In this document: piece after piece, positions 47,757 through 61,900 of the stretch | Layout: every line of letters starts with the position of its first letter | Position numbering within the stretch: the first letter of the stretch is position 1 | NCBI GenBank assembly: GCA_043228905.1 | Contig: JBHGNT010000013.1 | Span: 8,122,001-8,186,000, forward strand | Origin: Azolla caroliniana | Taxonomy: Eukaryota; Plantae; Polypodiophyta | Direction of reading: 5' to 3' | Length of the DNA: 64,000 bases | Notes under the pieces: generated by a model | Seen by the model: only the letters and a program-made list of their open reading frames with translations | Database searches by the model: none | What the model was told of the DNA's origin: nothing | Program-made: the position numbers and the translations under genes

Positions 47757-48382
47757 TTTCTTTCTTTTTTTCGTAAATAATGGCTTTCATTACGAAAGAA
47801 AAAACACCACCATGACTAACTTACTACAAAGTATAGAACCCTTATAGGGAGCTAAATACTACTATGACTCCAAACTCAATGTCACTCTACACACCAATTC
47901 AAATGGCGAATATGATGATATGCGACCTTGCATAATTCTCTTCTCTCTTCTCTCTTCGTGGTTGAGATTTTGTGACTTCTCTAGCACTGTGAATTGTCAC
48001 AAAAAAAGTCCTTTTAACTTTACAACATATTTTACCACCCTAACTTGCGAATCAAAAGTGAAGGCATTCCGCATATTCCAATTGAACCATAACCCCCAAT
48101 ACGTGAACAACTACAAATTAATTTGGAAATGAGGCATCGGTTCATTGTTCTCCATATGTGCAAAACCCCAACCGAAGGAAGATAGACTCACTCCAGTTAC
48201 AAACATCCACACTGAGCTGATACACCTCCATACCATCCTTGCTACCGAGCATGAAAGAAATTGATGCCTACTATGTTCCAATTCCACCGAATTACAAAAG
48301 AAACGTGATCCTATAGAATGGAGGGGTTGAACCTTTGACCTCATGATCTCCATTGGGTAACCTTGCCAAATGGGCTATATCC
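47757..48382 (-). mobile_element. tRNA-headed SINE-like element with LINE-derived body and A-rich tail
   Basis: Minus strand GGATATAGCCCATTTGG (box A) then GGTTCAACCCC (box B) about 33 nt later, followed by FFCNSVELEHSRHQFLSC..WNMRNAFTF (LINE zf-RVT end) and an A-rich tail at 47757-47771. Confidence 0.65.
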
Positions 48383-48777
48383 ATTTAGTGTCTTTGTCTT
48401 TGTCTATCTATAGTTCAAAAAGATATAAATGGCTGGGGGGGCGGGGGGGGGGGAGCTCAAGCCTGCTCACTTTTGAGGCGTCAAATCCCGAAACGGTTTC
48501 AGAGAGGTTTGATGGCTTGGTTCAGGCTTTAGCGGAACCGTTTTGCCTACTCCATTGGTGATGGGGCATTGGGGTCCTCTTCTTCTTCATCTTCTTCGTA
48601 CTCGCCTCAGCCTCCTGGCAGCTAGCTAGCTAGCTACCTACTAACAAGCGGTCGGTCCCTCCTACGACGACTCCGACTACTCGATTCAAGAGAGCCTTCC
48701 TTCCTTCCTTCCTTCCTTCCTTCAAGAAAGCATTCCAGAGAGAGAGCAGGCAGGCAGGCAGGAGGGAGATTTAGGAA

Positions 48778-51417
48778 ATGGCATGGTCGCCGCTGATGAT
48801 GAGCGGGAGGGGAGGAAGAGGAGGGGGAGGAGGAAGGGGAGGATTCCTCTCCTCCTCCTCCTCCTCCTGCTACAACCATTATCCTCCTGCTCTCGCTCTC
48901 GCCCTCCTCACCGGAGGAGGATCCAATCTGCACCTCTCAACCTCCACCTCCACCTCCACCTCCATCTGCATATCCATATCCATATCCACATCATCCCTTT
49001 GTACCCAGGCACTTCCAAGCGGCCTCAGGCACTTGCAGCAGCAGCAGCAGAGGGGGAGGGGGAGGGGGAGGGGGAGGGGTTGTGACGCACTTGCAGCAGC
49101 AGCAGCAGCAGCACATGAGCAACAGTCTGCTGCGCCTCCTGACGAGGAGGGGGAGGAGGAGGAGAAGATGAAGATTGTGGATTGGGTGAATCGTCACGTT
49201 CGAGACCCCAGAGTGGAGGTGGACCCCGTTACGGTGCTCCGCAGGATCTCAACAGAGGAACAACAACACACGATTATGCTCACTCAAGTCAATGAAGCTA
49301 CTACTACAGTTCAACAGGAGGAGGCGTCCACACTGAGGACGCCCATGCCTCTGCCAGTGAAGAGTACCACTGCCCCTGCCCCTGCCCCCCTTCCAATCAG
49401 TATGATCGGCATATGCAACAATAGGGGGCCCTTCAATCTGGGAAGCTTTCCAAGCCTAGCATCAGCTCTGTTTCTGCTGGCAATTGGGGCAGCCGCCAGC
49501 CTCTATTTCTTTATGTTAGGTCGGCGAAGGAAGGCTAAATCGTTAAAGCAGGACCCGTTGTTTTCTTCTTCTGTAAAGCGAAAGCTTGTGGATAAGAGTC
49601 TCAGAATCTCTGCTAGCATCCAATCTGCCATGAATATTGGTGCCGCATCTGTAAGGATTAGGAACATCAACACAATAAGTCAACATGCACTCCCTAATCA
49701 CGATACACCAAATATTGAAGAACCAAACCTAACAGTGGTTTCTAAACTGGCTGACATCCAAGATATCAAGGGTCCAGTCAATACTAGCTCCATAGTTGAG
49801 GATGTACATGTGCATGGTGTAGGGGGAGGAATCTCAGTTATGTCCCAAGAAGTTTCAGTAGATTCAGGCATGTTGCGCCGCAACATCAGCCATACCTATG
49901 ACCATGGATATCAGTTACAAAATGAGGCTGCAGTGCAAAATGTGGTGATTCAGAGTGGGCTTCTTACAGAGTGCATGCCTCTGCCCTATAAGAGCATAGG
50001 TAACAGGATAAGTGGGTCTGTTTTAGATTCACTGCAGCAAGAGAGAATTGATAATAGATATGATTCTCAAGACCAACTGTTGGATAGAACAGATCGTTTT
50101 ATGGTAACAATTGGCGAGCCTGGTGACCATGGATTCACCTCGACTCCTGGGGGCCTAGATTTTTCTTGTGATGCTTTCAATGGGGTAATCAACAAATTTG
50201 AAGAAACAAAATCATCACAAGATGCTCCAAGTGCTTCTGAGAGTGAGCAACGAGATTCAGATTCAACTATTGGAGACTTGAGCAACTGCGAAGAAAATGG
50301 CCTAGATGCTTCAAATAGTGAGAAGACCGATCAAGATGTCGCGGCTCTAGCAAGTGAAGACTTTAATAACTCGAGATTGATCAACCAGACTGAAGAAATG
50401 CAGCATCACAGTGTGCCTTCTTCACTTAGTGGATCAGTTGCAATGCCTGGTAAAGAGAATTTGCCAGGAAGTACCGGTGAGACTGTCAAACAAGCATCTG
50501 ATAACTTCTTTATTGGTTTAAAACTTTGTAGTGTATGTCATAATAAAAGATTGTGTGAATTCCACTAGCCATACATAATATTTGCACTTCTTTTCTGATG
50601 CTATCATCAAATGGGGTAATTTGGTCTCTTTTTTTTGTTGAACAAATGCAATATGAACAATAAAAACTCTGTTGCTTGAATTCAGAAATCAAACAAAGGT
50701 ATAAGGACATGTCACTCAGCTCTCCTCTCCCTGGGACGAAAAACCCGACGACAACCCCGGATACAGTGTCATGCTCAATGATAGAAACTGATGTGCAGGT
50801 TTCTGATAAGGTGATAGTATAATATCGATGAAACAATGCTATTCAATGCTTCCATTATGTACCACCAGCATTTATTGTCACATGCTCAAAACATCTTTAT
50901 GAATGTGTCTAAGCTCAAAACATCTTTGTGCAGGTTTCTAAGATTGGAAACTTGAGAGCACTTGCTGCAATTGTGCCTATTTTCACTGTTGGAGTTGGCA
51001 GCATGGGTTTACTTTTAGGTGGAGGTATATGATGAGATTCTCAGTATTTAACTTCAGTTTCAAAACAAGACATTACCCTTGAGTTGCTGAAATTATGAGA
51101 AGAAACTTCATAAACAGGTTCTGAAGGTCTGGAAATTGTGGGGCTCACAGCGCTTACAAGTGTTTTATGTCAGGACTTTTTGTGGGCGCAAAGTCGGTAG
51201 GCCCTCCCTCCTATTGAGAATCCATATCTTTAAAAACGAGAATATTCCATTTTTTTGTCTGTCATGTACATCTTAAGCTATGCAAATTTACATATGATGC
51301 TCCTAATGCAGAGAGTCGCTCAAGCATGAGCTGAGTTCTATAGCAAACCGTAAAAATCTGCGAAACTTCTTGGAGCGGCGGAATATCATCATCGCAAGAA
51401 AGAATGAAAATTCTTAA
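48778..51417 (+). CDS. Host gene, 5 exons: probable plastid-targeted membrane protein, about 690 aa, with CURT1/TROL-like C-terminal hairpin
   Basis: join(48778..50449 [alternative donor 50476], 50686..50810, 50934..51024, 51118..51196, 51312..51417). All introns are GT..AG with compatible phases and open frames. Ser/Ala/Arg-rich N-terminus; TM segment SLASALFLLAIGAAASLYFFMLG; C-terminus AIVPIFTVGVGSMGLLLGGGSEGLEIVGLTALTSVLCQDFLWAQSRESLKHELSSI. Confidence 0.8.
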
Positions 51418-52910
51418 GTAAATGAGAAGCTTCCACTTCTCGATAGCAGGTTCTATGGCTCTATTGCAGAGGCTTGTCATGGGTAAAAGTAGGAATGCAG
51501 AAAGAAATGAGGTTGTAAATATTCTTTGCACTCGGTATAGTTCATAAATGTCGTTTGTCACTACAAGCATTTACATTTGAGTTTTTAAATAATAAATTCT
51601 TGATCTTGCATAGCTATGCATGGATGCAGTTTTAAGATACTATGGGTAAATTTGTTGGAAGCTCTATCATACTTGTTACATAATCTATGAGAATGTTGTT
51701 GCATGTATTTGGTCTTATAATTCCAAACTAGAGTGCATTATAAAACAAAGATAATCTCATGTTCACCCATAGCCTCCAAGTTCTTTTGCTTCTCAAATGC
51801 TTCATACCAATCATGTTTGTCATTCATTTCCATGATAAACATGTTTCCAAGCCTGGTATTCTATCGCTTGCCTGATGGAATTGTCTGTTAGAGATTTCAA
51901 AATCACTAGACATCTCTGGCAAGTGGTATTTGGAAAACTGTAAACATGGTTGTATGTGGTGATCCAATCATCCTAAATCGATGCACAAACGTAATGCTCA
52001 TTTTAATCTGAGGCGAGCATGTTACTTGCATGTCTCACGATGTCAATATGATGGAGGCACCAACGGTTCTAAGCATTCAACCACATCCTATAATCCATTT
52101 ATACTAATACCTGGCTTTGCATAGAAACTAGGAATAGTAGGAGATTTATCATGGTTAATAGTCCAATCTCTTGTTGATTTCATGTTAACATACACATGAA
52201 ATACCTAGGAGTGTAACTGCATACTATCATGCAGAGTTTTATGTGAGTCTCCAAGGTCAGTTGTCATAATTACATGAAGGTAGGTGGGTTGCCTAAAGGT
52301 ATTGAATGATTTTGATACAATCTGACTTGGAAAAGTGTTTCAAGTTATGTACTTTTCAGAGTAATAGAAAAAGATTAATAAAAGCTAAATTTATCTTGGC
52401 ATGTTACCATTCACAACATGCACTTGCATATAGAGGACAAGCTAAAATACACTTTGGTAGAACTAAAATCAGTTCGTTAACTAAGGGAAAAACATTGAAC
52501 TTGTTTTGTGGCTTATCGTAAACTACTTTAGTGAGGATGAGGCGGCTTGGGATATTGTTTCTCATACTTGGAGAATGAAAGCAAGGAGAAGCTTTGTGCA
52601 ACACATACAAAAAGAAGGTTGTGTAGAATAAGTTTATATGATGCAAACGTGATATGATATCTTGATGAAGGAATTTGATTTGGTTTTAATCTACATAAAT
52701 GATTATCAAGAGATCATTCAACAATTGAAGGAGCTAGAAGATGAGAGTTGATTTAGAGATGTGAGCCTTGATATTGGCGTGCACATAGCCAAGCTCATGG
52801 GACAACTTCTATGTGGTTTTCAGTGTGAGTGCACCTATTGGCTCATTATGAAACATGGAGGTATGTGGAACACATTTTTGTGATGAAATCAATTGAAAGT
52901 CAGTGGCTAA

Positions 52911-53940
52911 TGTAGAAAGTTGGAGAAACATACAATATGAACAATTTGGGGGGAAGTTGTTGGAGTAGAGTTACAATAGAAGTTGAGTAGTAGAAGAGAA
53001 TACTCTCGATTTATGTAATCTCGATTGAAGGGGGTGGAAAGCCTTATTGCAATGTTATATTTAATGCAACTATACATCTGATGCAATGTTATATTTAATG
53101 CAACTATACATATGATTCTATGAGGGTCATCGATTGAAATATCTAAATAGTTACACATTTTGTATGCATGCTCATGACATCCTCTTGCTTAATATCATGG
53201 CCCCACACTAGATAGCATATGGATCTCCATTTTAAGTCTCTAATTCGATGAGCCATCCGATCTTGAGCACAATCTCTTTAACCTTCAGATTGACTTACTA
53301 TGCTCCTTGGTCCATTTTAAATTTCTTCTTTGCTTTAGCAAACCATTTTGAGTTCGAGTCACAAAACATCTACACCCATCTCAACCTTTCTTTCTCATAT
53401 GTACTATTGAGTTTGTAGGCTGTAGTCCCTTGTGGTGATGATGTTTGCCATGTGGACAATGAATGACACATGGTGTGAAACAACCAAACTCACATGCATC
53501 CTTATAATTCCACAATGATATAATTTTTTTTGAAATATTATAAGAATTGACCTTTGTAAGGCTCAAACCAATAACCTCACATATTAAACATTGGATGCAA
53601 ACCATTAGGATACCTATGCTTAACATTATATTTTATACATGGTGCATTGAGATGAGCAATCATGCATCACACATACCTATTACCACATGTGTGTGACATC
53701 ATGGCTATCATGCATTGCATGTAGCACATGTGTGAAGTGGTGATCACACATCACATACATTCTTATTCAAACACCTATATAAGGAGACGGAAGAGAAACA
53801 TGTATGCAACTATCAAGATGAAAAAGACATTGATTTATAGTCAAGAGAATCAATTAGTTGAGTCGGAAAGTTTCACTATTTCATAAGATAGAAGTTAAGG
53901 GTTTGAGCTAGAATTTGGTAGAGATAAGGGGTATGGTAAC
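52911..53940 (+). repeat. Possible degenerate LTR of gypsy G
   Basis: TG start, a 33-bp duplication at 53047-53112, CATG-rich tract and CTATATAA at 53775, upstream of gag traces. No partner LTR in the window. Confidence 0.35.
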
Positions 53941-54508
53941 TTTGGTAAATAAATTATTGTATTATCAATTTAGCAAAACATGTTTATCATAAATAAATAA
54001 AAAAGTAAAAGAAATTTTTTAAAAAAAGAAAAAATTTAATTTATTTTTAAAAAGAAGAAGAAAGAAGTCAAGGATAATTCAGAACCTCAAGATGCTCGTC
54101 AATCTCAATATGAACCCGGAAAATCTAGTGGCTCATCAATTCCAAATTGCTATATATGCAAAAAGATGGACGCTATGCAAATCAATGCCCGATGAAAGAT
54201 AAAGGAAAGGCACTGACAGTAAATATGGTGGTACCAGAAATACAACAAGTAATCACTCGAAGTAAAGGCAAACAATCAGAGTGGGAGGTGCATGAAGTAG
54301 TACGAAAGGCAGCTAAGGAATGGGTTAAGGAAACCAGCAACAATAATGTCTCCAAAATGATCCAAGACAATGCCGCATTCACCGATGCGCAACCGGTTGG
54401 ACAATCGACACCAAAAACGACACAGAAACATGGAAAATCTTGGCAGATTGCCAAGTGTCATTACCCTTTGTGGGATTATTAAAATTAGTACCCAGATTCA
54501 CGGAGAAG

Positions 54509-57500
54509 AACCCACGCTCTATGTGGGTTGGAGCTGAATTGCATCGAACGCGTGCTGAGAAGCAACAAATTGAGGATGTTATAGCTCAACACAAATTTCA
54601 TGCATCCTCAGCGAAATGGTCTCATCTCGTAGATAAGGTTAATGATGATTTTTTTCATGTAAATAAAATTGGCCATACTAAGAATGTAATGAGGCAATTA
54701 GAGAGGGAGGATGGATCATTAACATCAGATGATGTTGAAATGAGGAGAATTGCCTCAGACTTTTATAAATCTTTGCTAACTGGGCAATCATTTACGCATG
54801 AGCAAGTGGCCTTAAGATCTACATTATGGTGTGTGAGGAAGAAGAAAGTTAATCTTTCTATGGCTAATGAATTAGTTAAACCTTTTAATGGTGAGGTGTA
54901 TGCTGCAATTAAGGCCTTAGGTAAGAATGTATGTCTTGGCATCGATGGTTTTCCTCCTGAATTTTTTCTTTGCTATTGGGATCACATTGGAACCAATGTA
55001 ACGAAAGCCTTACAAGAGGTTTTTACTTTGGGTGATATGCCTTCTCAATGGAATGCAGGATTAATTTTTTTGATTCCTAAATTGGAGGGGGTAGTAGTTG
55101 ACATTAAGAAGTGACGACTGATAACTATTTTGAATACTATCTATAAGATTATGCTAAAGTCCTTGCTTTACGTATGAAACCTTTATTAAATGATATTATT
55201 CATAAATTGCAAACGGGTTTTATGCAAGGGCGTTTTATTTTTTATAATATTTTCATGTTCTGGGAGCTTACAACTTTGGCAAAAGAGAAGGATGTTGACC
55301 TAGTGGTGCTATTGTTGGACTTTGAAAAGGCATACGATAGAGTTGATTGGTCTTTCCTCGAGGAAGTTATGTTACAACTAGGATTTCCAATGGCTTGGGT
55401 AGTGGCGGTAAGAGCCTTGTATAAGAATGTGTCTAGCTTCGTATATGTGGTGGGAGAAGTTGATGCTCCCTTCTCTATTTCAAGGTCAGTTAGACAAGGA
55501 TGTCCATTGACCCCTTTCCTATACTTATTAATAGTTGAGGCTTTTCATGTGTATTTTAATAATCACGCCTTAAGAATTAAAGGGTTGCAATGGGGATTCG
55601 ATAATAAGCAAGTGCTTGATGATGAATTTGCTGATGATACAACTTTATATGTGGATGGGGAGGAACAGAATTTGCGTAATGTTCAATGTGTGGTGCAAGA
55701 ATTTTGTGAACTATCCGGTGCTATTATAAATTGGAATAAATCCATTGGAATCAGAATGAAGAATAATAGAGTTTCACATTGGTTGCGCCATCCGGATTTT
55801 CAATGGCTTCAACATTGGAGGTCAATATGATATCTTGGTTGTCAAATTGGTGTTGACATTACTCATGATCAACTTATTGCCCCTTTGTTGATGTCATTGA
55901 AGAGGAAATTGTTGTTTTGGTCTTCGAGACATTTATCATTGGCTGGAAGAATTGTAATTGCTAATCAAGTGCTTCTGTCTTCGATGTGGTATATCCTTTC
56001 ATCTTGGTTGTTTTCAAGATGTGTTCTCTCTCAGGTACAAAGGCTTGTCTGCAATTTCTGATGGGGGGGTGCATTTGATGTAAATGCAAGATCTAAAGTT
56101 GCGTGGAAGGTAATAACATCTCCTCCTCATGAGGGCGGATTAGGGTTGATAAACCCAATGTTACAATGTAGAGCATTACTTGGGAAATTTGTTGTGAGAA
56201 GTATGTTGCTAGGGAATGAACCATGGAAATTGCTACTTCATGAACGTATGAAGGAATTGGTTCCATGTAGAGGTAGACATTGGAAGCGAAATGTGAGGTG
56301 GTGGTTTGTGCATGAGGATATGCCTTTGACTTCCATTTTCACTTCCAATAAATTTTTTAACTCTTTGTTAAGAGCTTGGAAAAATTTGTTGCCTAATCTT
56401 GTGCATAAACATCCTATATAGGAGGACAAGTGGAAAAGGCAACCAATTTGTTGGAATCCCTTGATTAAGGATGATTATGGTAATATGTTGGGAAGAAGGA
56501 CGAGATTAAATTGGGTGGTGGTCGATGAGGCATTTGTGGCTAATGTTGGTACTTGGTTAAACTTTAATCAATCTTCTAGGGATGTTAAGGAACAAGTTTT
56601 GAAATCAAATAAGAGGTGGTACGTTAATGTTCCAAGCGATAAGTAATGCTTGTAATAGGATTTTGCCTTCTTCGTTTAATTCAAACCATGTATGGTATGG
56701 GGCATTCTCTTCTTTTAATGTCTTGATTGGAGCAAGAGCTTATACATCTAATGAATCCTTCTTAGCATATATAATAGTTTCGGAGGGAAAATTGCAATGG
56801 GTCTCTATGGAGGATGATCTTCTCAATTTAGTGGAATGGAAGCCTATTAGGTTGGTAGCAAAAATAGGGAAAGTATGTATTATTGATCCCCATCCTGAAA
56901 AAGTAAACCCTTTTTGGGATATTTGGGTTTGTGATAGTAAGGGCTTATTGGAGTTAGAGTGGGATCCGACGGAATGGTGGTGGAGATATGCTAATGGTAT
57001 GATGGTTTCTTTCTTTGACTACTCCGTAAAATTAGGTAGGGAATTCCAACAAAGGAGGAATCCAGTTATGCCAGCTGCAGCTAAGGTATGGTTAAATAAT
57101 AATATTCCTATGCATTCAATATTGGCATTTTGGAAATGGTTGTGGGCTCTACAGATTCCCTACATTTAGATGGTTATGTGTCCACTACGCACTTCCAGTC
57201 TTGGAATGGATGCATAGGGAAGGGGGAACCAAAACTTTGTCTTTTTGTGGGCTTCACTTGGAACTGTATGGCCGCATGTTCTGTTTGGAAACGTATGTTG
57301 TGCCTCATTGATATTGCATATGAACCTAATGTGATTACATGGGGAAATGTCTTTTGGATGGATGTAAATGTGGATAAACATAATTATGAAAGGGAAAATA
57401 TACTATTTACCCTTCAAACTAAGGGAAGACAAGTTAAGGACATACCATACTCAAGCTCAAATTGGTTGAATGTGGATGCTATAGTATGGGCTACGATATC

Positions 57501-57896
57501 ATTGGTAGTTCTCTGGAATATTTGGATAGATCGATGCAAAAATGTGTTTCAACAAATAAAGCAAAATCCTGTTCGTTGTGTGAAGGAAATTTGGTTGATG
57601 CTTATCTCAATTTTAAAAGGTCAATATGACTCCTTCACAGGTAATGAAGATATGATTTTTATGAAACAACAATCCTTTAAAGGAAAATGGAAGGATTTGT
57701 TAGTTTTTGTGGAGAGAAATGACAAAATGGATTGGCAATATGTACCCCGCGATGGTTGTTTCCTCCATAGGTGGAGGTTGGTATCAAGTATGACATAATG
57801 GGGGATATCTTACCCGCCACTACATTGTATTATTATATGTCTTGTATATGCTTTTTGGATTGGTAATGGAAACTATGGTGTAGTTAAAAAAAAAAA
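54509..57896 (+). mobile_element. 5'-truncated L1-clade LINE, ORF2 RT and C-terminus (pseudogenised)
   Basis: GIDGFPPEFF, DFEKAYDRVDW, SVRQGCPL, FADD; the C-terminus is homologous to the 45146 LINE; poly(A) at 57886-57896; inserted between G codons PRFTEK and TIIAQN. Confidence 0.9.
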
Positions 57897-58930
57897 CAAT
57901 TATTGCGCAAAATGGGGCCGAAAAAGTGCCGGTTAATTACAACAATCCGATCACTAGACCGACAATAATGGATGAACAGAGTCCATCAATAAAAGTAGTA
58001 ATTCGGGGTCAGGAAGTCACCGGGACTATTGTTGACGACGGATTAGGCGTAAATGTGATTAATAAGATCACATGTGATCGGCTCGGAATTACTAAATGGG
58101 ATGCATGCCCTTTTTGGTTAAGAATGGCTGACACAAGTATAGTTCGACCACTGGGTTTAATTCACCAGTTAGAGGTCATTATTGGAGGTCACACTTTCCA
58201 GATCTCGGTTGTAGTGCGTCATTTGGATGTATCCGATGCATATCCATTATTATTAGGCTGACCTTGGCTAAAGACAACAAATATTAAACAAAATTGGAAC
58301 AAGAACAACTTAACAATCCGGAAGGGTAAAAGTAAATTTCAGGTGTCAACACAAGAAAAGATCAGTATGACTCAGTAGTGTTTACCAGTTCATGCCTAAG
58401 CAATGAACATGATGGAAGGATTGGATGAAGCTGAAGAAGATCAGTATTTTGAAGACAATCCAAAGATCATTCCACCATTCGAAGTTGACATCATACAGAC
58501 GCTTACATCGTATATGAGTGAGGAAGATAAAGAAGGAGAAATTCTGGTTGATGACAAAACATTGAAGGAGTTATAACTTAAACAAGAACCTACAGAAAGG
58601 GAGATGCAGGTGTCTCAAATAGTTCAAGCGTCGGCACTCGAAGAATTAAACCTAGCCGACACCGACATTGAACCGATGACCATCCTGACTGATAGTTAAA
58701 GAAATGGAGTCGGTTGATAAAACTAAGATGACTGATTTACTGCGTCAATATAAAGATGTGTTTTCCTGGTCATTTGAAGACATGAAGGCTTTAGATCCAA
58801 CCTTCGTTCAACATCAGATAAATTCGCATAAAGATGTGAAGCCGATACAACAACGTCAGTACTGATTAAATCCCAATTATGTCGTGAAAGTAAAAGAGGA
58901 AATCAACAAACTACTCAAAGTCGATTTTAT

Positions 58931-61900
58931 AAGCGGATCGGCCACGTCAATTACTGGAGGCTTCAGTGTTGGGAATATGTCCCTCCAGTGGGAGGAAGAT
59001 CTGACCGTCAAGAAAGCTGACTGTTGAGGAGCCGAGTTGATTAGAGAAACCAGAATCGTGTAAATAGCCAACTCGGGAGACTATATTTATAAATAGTCTA
59101 TGGGTGCGCCCCATGAGGGCTACGTACGTAAATAGCCAGAAAAGTTGCATAAGTATATATGTAACTAGGGCAAACTTTAACTATGATGAACAGTGGATGA
59201 ACAATGGATGAACTGGGTGCAGAGAGTGAGAGAGAGAGTGAGAGAAGTGTGAGCTGCGCGCCATAGCTGTGTGTGTAACAACAGACGAGAAGAGCCCTGT
59301 GCGGCTGATACACTCGACAGGGTGTTGTAATCATCTCGGTGTTGTATATCCACTATTTTTATAGTGAAGATTCTGTTCCCGTGGTTTTCCTTGTTTTAGG
59401 GTTTCCACGTAAATTTGTGCATATCTATTTATCTTGTCTTTCTGCCATTTCTGTGAATCGTATTTCAGCACGTAGTTCATTTTATTGTGATCTATTCCGC
59501 AATGATTTCTCGACATTCAGAACCTGCAAACGAAGTAGGTTGTGTTCGGTTTGCCGAAATTCTGTGGCCGGAAGGCCCAAGTTTGTGAAGCTTGCCAACT
59601 CTGGAAGCAAGACCGGCTTCCATTCCCCATTGAACGAAACCGGAGCCGTAACAAGCTCGACCTAATCCATGCGGATGTATGGGGACCGACACAGAATGTT
59701 AGTCTTGGTGGGAGTCAATATTTCGTCTCCTTCATCGACGACTACAGCCACCGACACACGTGGATCTACCTCATCGAGAAGAAAAGCGAAGTCTTCGACT
59801 GTTTCCGGAACCTTAAAAGTTTAGTCAAAAGGGAAACAGAGAGGAAGATCAAGTGCCTGCGGTCGGATGGAGGAAAAGAATACTTTTTCGGCCAATTCAA
59901 CAATCATCTGCAGCAGAACGGAATTCGGAGAGAATTCAACTACTGATACACACCGAAACAAAATGGTGTGGCTGAGCGAAAGAACCGGTCGATTGTCAAC
60001 GCGGCAAGGGCAATGTTGGAGGAGAAGAGCATGCCCCAATTCTATTGGGCTGAGGCGGTCTAGACGGTCGTCTACATCCAAAACCGGATCAAACACACGG
60101 TATCAGCACATGAGCTGTATTTCGGGCACAAGCCAAATTTTAGACACCTTCGAATATTCGACAACATAGCATATGTGCATGTACCGGTTGAGAAGTGGAA
60201 GAAGCTAGATCCGAAGTCGGAGAAATGCATCCTAGTCGGTTACTCTCATGAGAAAAAGGGGTATAAGTGCTATAACCCCCGAAAGAAGCAGGTCCGAGTA
60301 AGCTGAGATGTTGAGTTCGACGAGATGGCATCGTGGTACTCTCTATCGACTCCGATTTCCAACTCCCAACCCAATCCCGAAGGATGAGGCCAGTGAGCCT
60401 GAACTAGTCCAAATAGAAGATGACGAGTTGGAGACTCTAGAAGAGAGTCCAGAATCGTTTCGGTTGAGCAGATCGAATGAGCGACTAGGTCAAAGTGACC
60501 AATCGGATGAGGAACCGGCGAGTAGTGGAGACTCTGTCGTGCTCTCCTCGCACAAGGAACTGAGGAGATGGTTCATGTGCAAAGAGAAAGGGAAGCGGAA
60601 AATGTCGGAATACGAAACCGGCAACATTGAGTCGGATCGGAGTGAATCTGACTCTGGCAAGGATGAAGGCAGATCTTCGGGAACGAAGTCCGAACTGGCC
60701 AAGAAGGGCCCCAAACCGGGTGATGACAAGTTATATTGGTCTTCCCGCCATAAGAACCCCGTTACACGGTGTGGGTATAATGAGTACATGGCGCATGGCG
60801 CATCACTATGCGTACATGACCAAAGTGGCGGAAGTGCGTGAGCTAGAGAGCTACGCAGAAGCGGTAAAGGGCGCAAATTGGCATGCCACTATCGAAGAAG
60901 AAATGCGGGCACTCGATGCCAACGACACATGGGACCTCGTTGACCCTCCCCGACACTGTAAACCAATCGGTTGCAAATGGGTGTACAAGGTAAAGTACAA
61001 TGCAGACGGTTCGGTTAACTGGTACAAGGCCCGGTTAGTGGTGAAGGGATACGCACAGACCCACGGAATCGACTACGATGAGACCTTCACTCTAATAGCG
61101 AAGATGACGATGGTTCGCATGGTACTAGCAGTTGTTGTGGCAAGGGGGTGGCATCTTCACCAGATGGACGTGAAGAATATGTTTCTTAAGGTAACCTTGA
61201 AGAACGGGTCTATATGATCCAACCTCTTAGTTTCTAGTCGGAGAAGTCGCTTTATGGTCTGAAACAAGCCCCCCGAGCTTGAAATGCCAAGATCATGCAC
61301 CGGTTGCGTAAGATGGGTGGGGTTTGTGACGTCTAAATCCGACTCATCGTTGTTCATCCGACTAGGTTCAGACGGTCCGGTTTGCATCTTACTTTATGTA
61401 GATAATTTAGTCATCACCGGACCCGGACTCCATGAAATTGATCGTGTCAAGGCCCAGTTGTCTGACGCATTTGAGATAAAGGACCTAGGGGACCTTCATT
61501 ATTTTCTTGTGATCGAGGTGATCCGAACCCCTGATGGCATATTGTTCTCACAAAGACACTATGTGTTGAATATGCTATACAAGTTTGGCATGACGGAATG
61601 CCGACCTGTCTCCACACCCCTGGACCAGATCCAGAAGCTTCGTCCCAACTCTGGACCAGCCTGCGATGAGAAATGGTTCTGAAAAATTGTCGGAAGCCTC
61701 ATATACCTTACAAACACTCCACCTGACATCAGTTACCCGATTGGCGCGATCATCTAGTTCATGCAGAAACCGACCGTCGAGCACCTTCAGTGCGCACACC
61801 GGATACTCCGGTATGTGAGTGACATGAAGGACTGGGGACTGTTATACCGGCATGGTATAACTGAAGAGCTAGTTGGATACACCAATGCCGACTAGGCTGG

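Noticed and set aside
50477-50568. Single-exon 596-aa gene ending ..KRLCEFH
   Set aside because: Strong donors and four in-phase downstream exons indicate this tail is intronic.
54500-57900. TSD for the large LINE
   Set aside because: No matching direct repeat found at the two junctions by eye.
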